From NCBI GenBank assembly GCA_965218425.1, contig OZ244621.1, positions 1,440,001 through 1,504,000 on the forward strand: 64,000 bases of DNA, given 5' to 3'. A program made the translations under genes and the position numbers. The notes under the pieces are model-generated. The model saw nothing but the letters and a program-made list of their open reading frames with translations, had not been told where the DNA came from and made no database searches. Position 1 is the stretch's first letter; each line of letters begins with the position of its first letter. Origin of the DNA: an uncultured Candidatus Binatia bacterium (GTDB taxonomy: Bacteria; Desulfobacterota; Binatia; UBA9968; CAXXLF01). Below are positions 62,204 through 64,000 of the stretch, in pieces.

Positions 62204-64000
62204 CTAACCCTGCGCCAGTTTATCTTTTAGACCGGTAAACCGATGGTCTTCACGAACGTTCCTGATGGCCATCCAAAGGGCCTTCTTGCTCCCCACCAAG
62301 ACCACCAGCTCTTTTCCTCGGGTTACGGCGGTGTATAGGATGCTTCGGTGTAACATTGGATAGTGAGAATTGTGCAGGGGGATCACAATGCCAGGGTACT
62401 CGCTTCCCTGACTCTTGTGGACTGAGGTTGCGTAGGCCAGGGCAATCTCGTCCAGCTCGTCGAAATCGTAGGAAACCAACGTCCCGTCAAAGTTGATTCT
62501 GAGTTTTTCCCCTTCCCTGTTAATATCCTCGATTCGTCCCAAGTCACCGTTGAACACGCTTTTCTCGTAGTTGTTTCTGAGCTGCATCACCTTGTCACCA
62601 GTCCGAAAAACCCATTTACCTCTCTCTATGGAGTCCCCAGTAGGATTGAGGAGATCTTGGAGTTGCTGGTTGAGATTGATGGTTCCCAGCAGCCCTCGGT
62701 TCATGGGGCTCAAGACCTGTACCGCACGCTCTGGTCGGTCGCGAAACAACCGGGGGATGCGTTCTTTGACCAACTCTTTTAGGGTTTCCAGGATCTCTTC
62801 CGGGTTTTCCCGTTGGACGAAAACAAAATCAGGTGTCCCTTGATCATTTTCCAGCAGCAAAGTTTCCCCTTGAAGGATTCGATGTGCGTTGACAACGATC
62901 AGGCTTTCCCCCGATTGGCGGAAGATATGCTGCAACACCACGACTGGGACGACCCTGGATTCGATGAGGTCTTTGAGTACATTTCCAGGCCCCACCGAGG
63001 GGAGCTGATCCACGTCACCGATGAGGATGAGATGGCTGTGAGATCGCACCGCCCTCAGCAGATGGTCCATGAGAGGAAGATCCACCATGGAGGCTTCGTC
63101 GATGATGACCACGTCCACGTCCAGTGGACTTTTCTCACTGCGTTGGAACCCACCATCCCGAGGGCTGAACTCGAGAAGACGGTGGATGGTCTTGGCTTGT
63201 ACCCTTGCCATTTCCCCCATCTTCTTGGCCGCCCTACCCGTGGGCGCCGCAAGGACAAAAGAAACATCACCATGCCGAAACAGGGTCAAGAGGTGGCTGA
63301 GCAGCGTCGTTTTTCCAGTTCCCGGTCCACCGGTGATGATGGAGACCTTATGCCTCAATGCCTGGAGGATCGCCTTTTGTTGTTTATCCTCCAGCAATAG
63401 CTCCACGGACCCATGGCTTTGTTCCAGGCTCCTCATTCTGGTCGACGACAAGAAGGACTGATTCGAGATTAGACGATGTATGGCCGCAGCAACGTTCTGC
63501 TCCGCTTGAAAGAGAAGGCGGGGATAAATTCTACTGGATTCCTCTGTGCCGGGCTCCTTGACAACTTTTCGTTCTGCCACAAGTTCCCGGATGGCGCCGT
63601 CAATGACCGCCTCGTCCAAACTTAAGAGGGACATCGTATTGGACTTGAGAGAGGCCAGGGGCACAAAGCAATGCCCCTGTTCGGACAGCTTTGACAGGAT
63701 GTGGAGGATACCTGCCCGCACCCTCAGTGGCGAATCTCCTTTTATACCCAATCCCTCGGCAATCCGGTCCGCGATGATAAAGCCAATCCCATAGATTTCA
63801 TCGGCTAGGCTGTAGGGATTCCCCTTCACCTTAGCGACCGTCTCAGGCCCCAGGGCACGATAGATTCTAATGGCGAGGGAACTGCCCACCCCATGGCCTT
63901 GCAGGAAAACCATGGCCTCCTGCATGCCTTTTTGCTTCGCCCATGCCTGCATGATCTTGTGCCAGCGGCCTCTACCGATTCCCTCCACCTCGAGTATACG
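62204..64000 (-). CDS. recD2: RecD2-like ATP-dependent DNA helicase (5' end lies beyond the window)
   Basis: GIGF..AD, GGPGTGKTT, APTGRAA, DEASM, QLPSVGPG and HKSQGSE motifs. Confidence 0.96.
   Translation of the reverse strand, partial: RILEVEGIGRGRWHKIMQAWAKQKGMQEAMVFLQGHGVGSSLAIRIYRALGPETVAKVKGNPYSLADEIYGIGFIIADRIAEGLGIKGDSPLRVRAGILHILSKLSEQGHCFVPLASLKSNTMSLLSLDEAVIDGAIRELVAERKVVKEPGTEESSRIYPRLLFQAEQNVAAAIHRLISNQSFLSSTRMRSLEQSHGSVELLLEDKQQKAILQALRHKVSIITGGPGTGKTTLLSHLLTLFRHGDVSFVLAAPTGRAAKKMGEMARVQAKTIHRLLEFSPRDGGFQRSEKSPLDVDVVIIDEASMVDLPLMDHLLRAVRSHSHLILIGDVDQLPSVGPGNVLKDLIESRVVPVVVLQHIFRQSGESLIVVNAHRILQGETLLLENDQGTPDFVFVQRENPEEILETLKELVKERIPRLFRDRPERAVQVLSPMNRGLLGTINLNQQLQDLLNPTGDSIERGKWVFRTGDKVMQLRNNYEKSVFNGDLGRIEDINREGEKLRINFDGTLVSYDFDELDEIALAYATSVHKSQGSEYPGIVIPLHNSHYPMLHRSILYTAVTRGKELVVLVGSKKALWMAIRNVREDHRFTGLKDKLAQG

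Overview
A bacterial chromosomal segment of moderately high GC. Gene content suggests a Deltaproteobacteria-like lineage such as Ca. Binatota; this is inference only. Intact housekeeping blocks (alaS-yjbQ-phoH-ybeY-prfB-der-ogt-dprA-topA-trmFO-ppx; hemE-hemY; dinB; ppiD; gloA; recD2) alternate with accessory metabolic genes. Highlights: (1) a complete coenzyme F420 operon (cofG-cofH-cofD-cofC-cofE-npdG) plus likely F420-using enzymes; (2) an uncharacterised bicupin / heme-oxygenase-like diiron / LLM / DHDPS-like cluster; (3) a cyanate uptake and cyanase operon with two sigma54 promoters, paired NtrC-like sites, an ANTAR pseudo-receiver regulator, and a leader RNA whose two ANTAR hairpins are separated by an unusually long structured insert; (4) several families of nested palindromic intergenic repeats, including a doublet of hairpins with complementary loops and a 16-bp palindrome placed 10 nt after stop codons; (5) many point lesions confined to accessory genes; (6) tRNA-Leu(CAA) and an IS3 remnant. 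No CRISPR array, rRNA gene or prophage was seen. All calls come from reading motifs by eye; no database searches were run.
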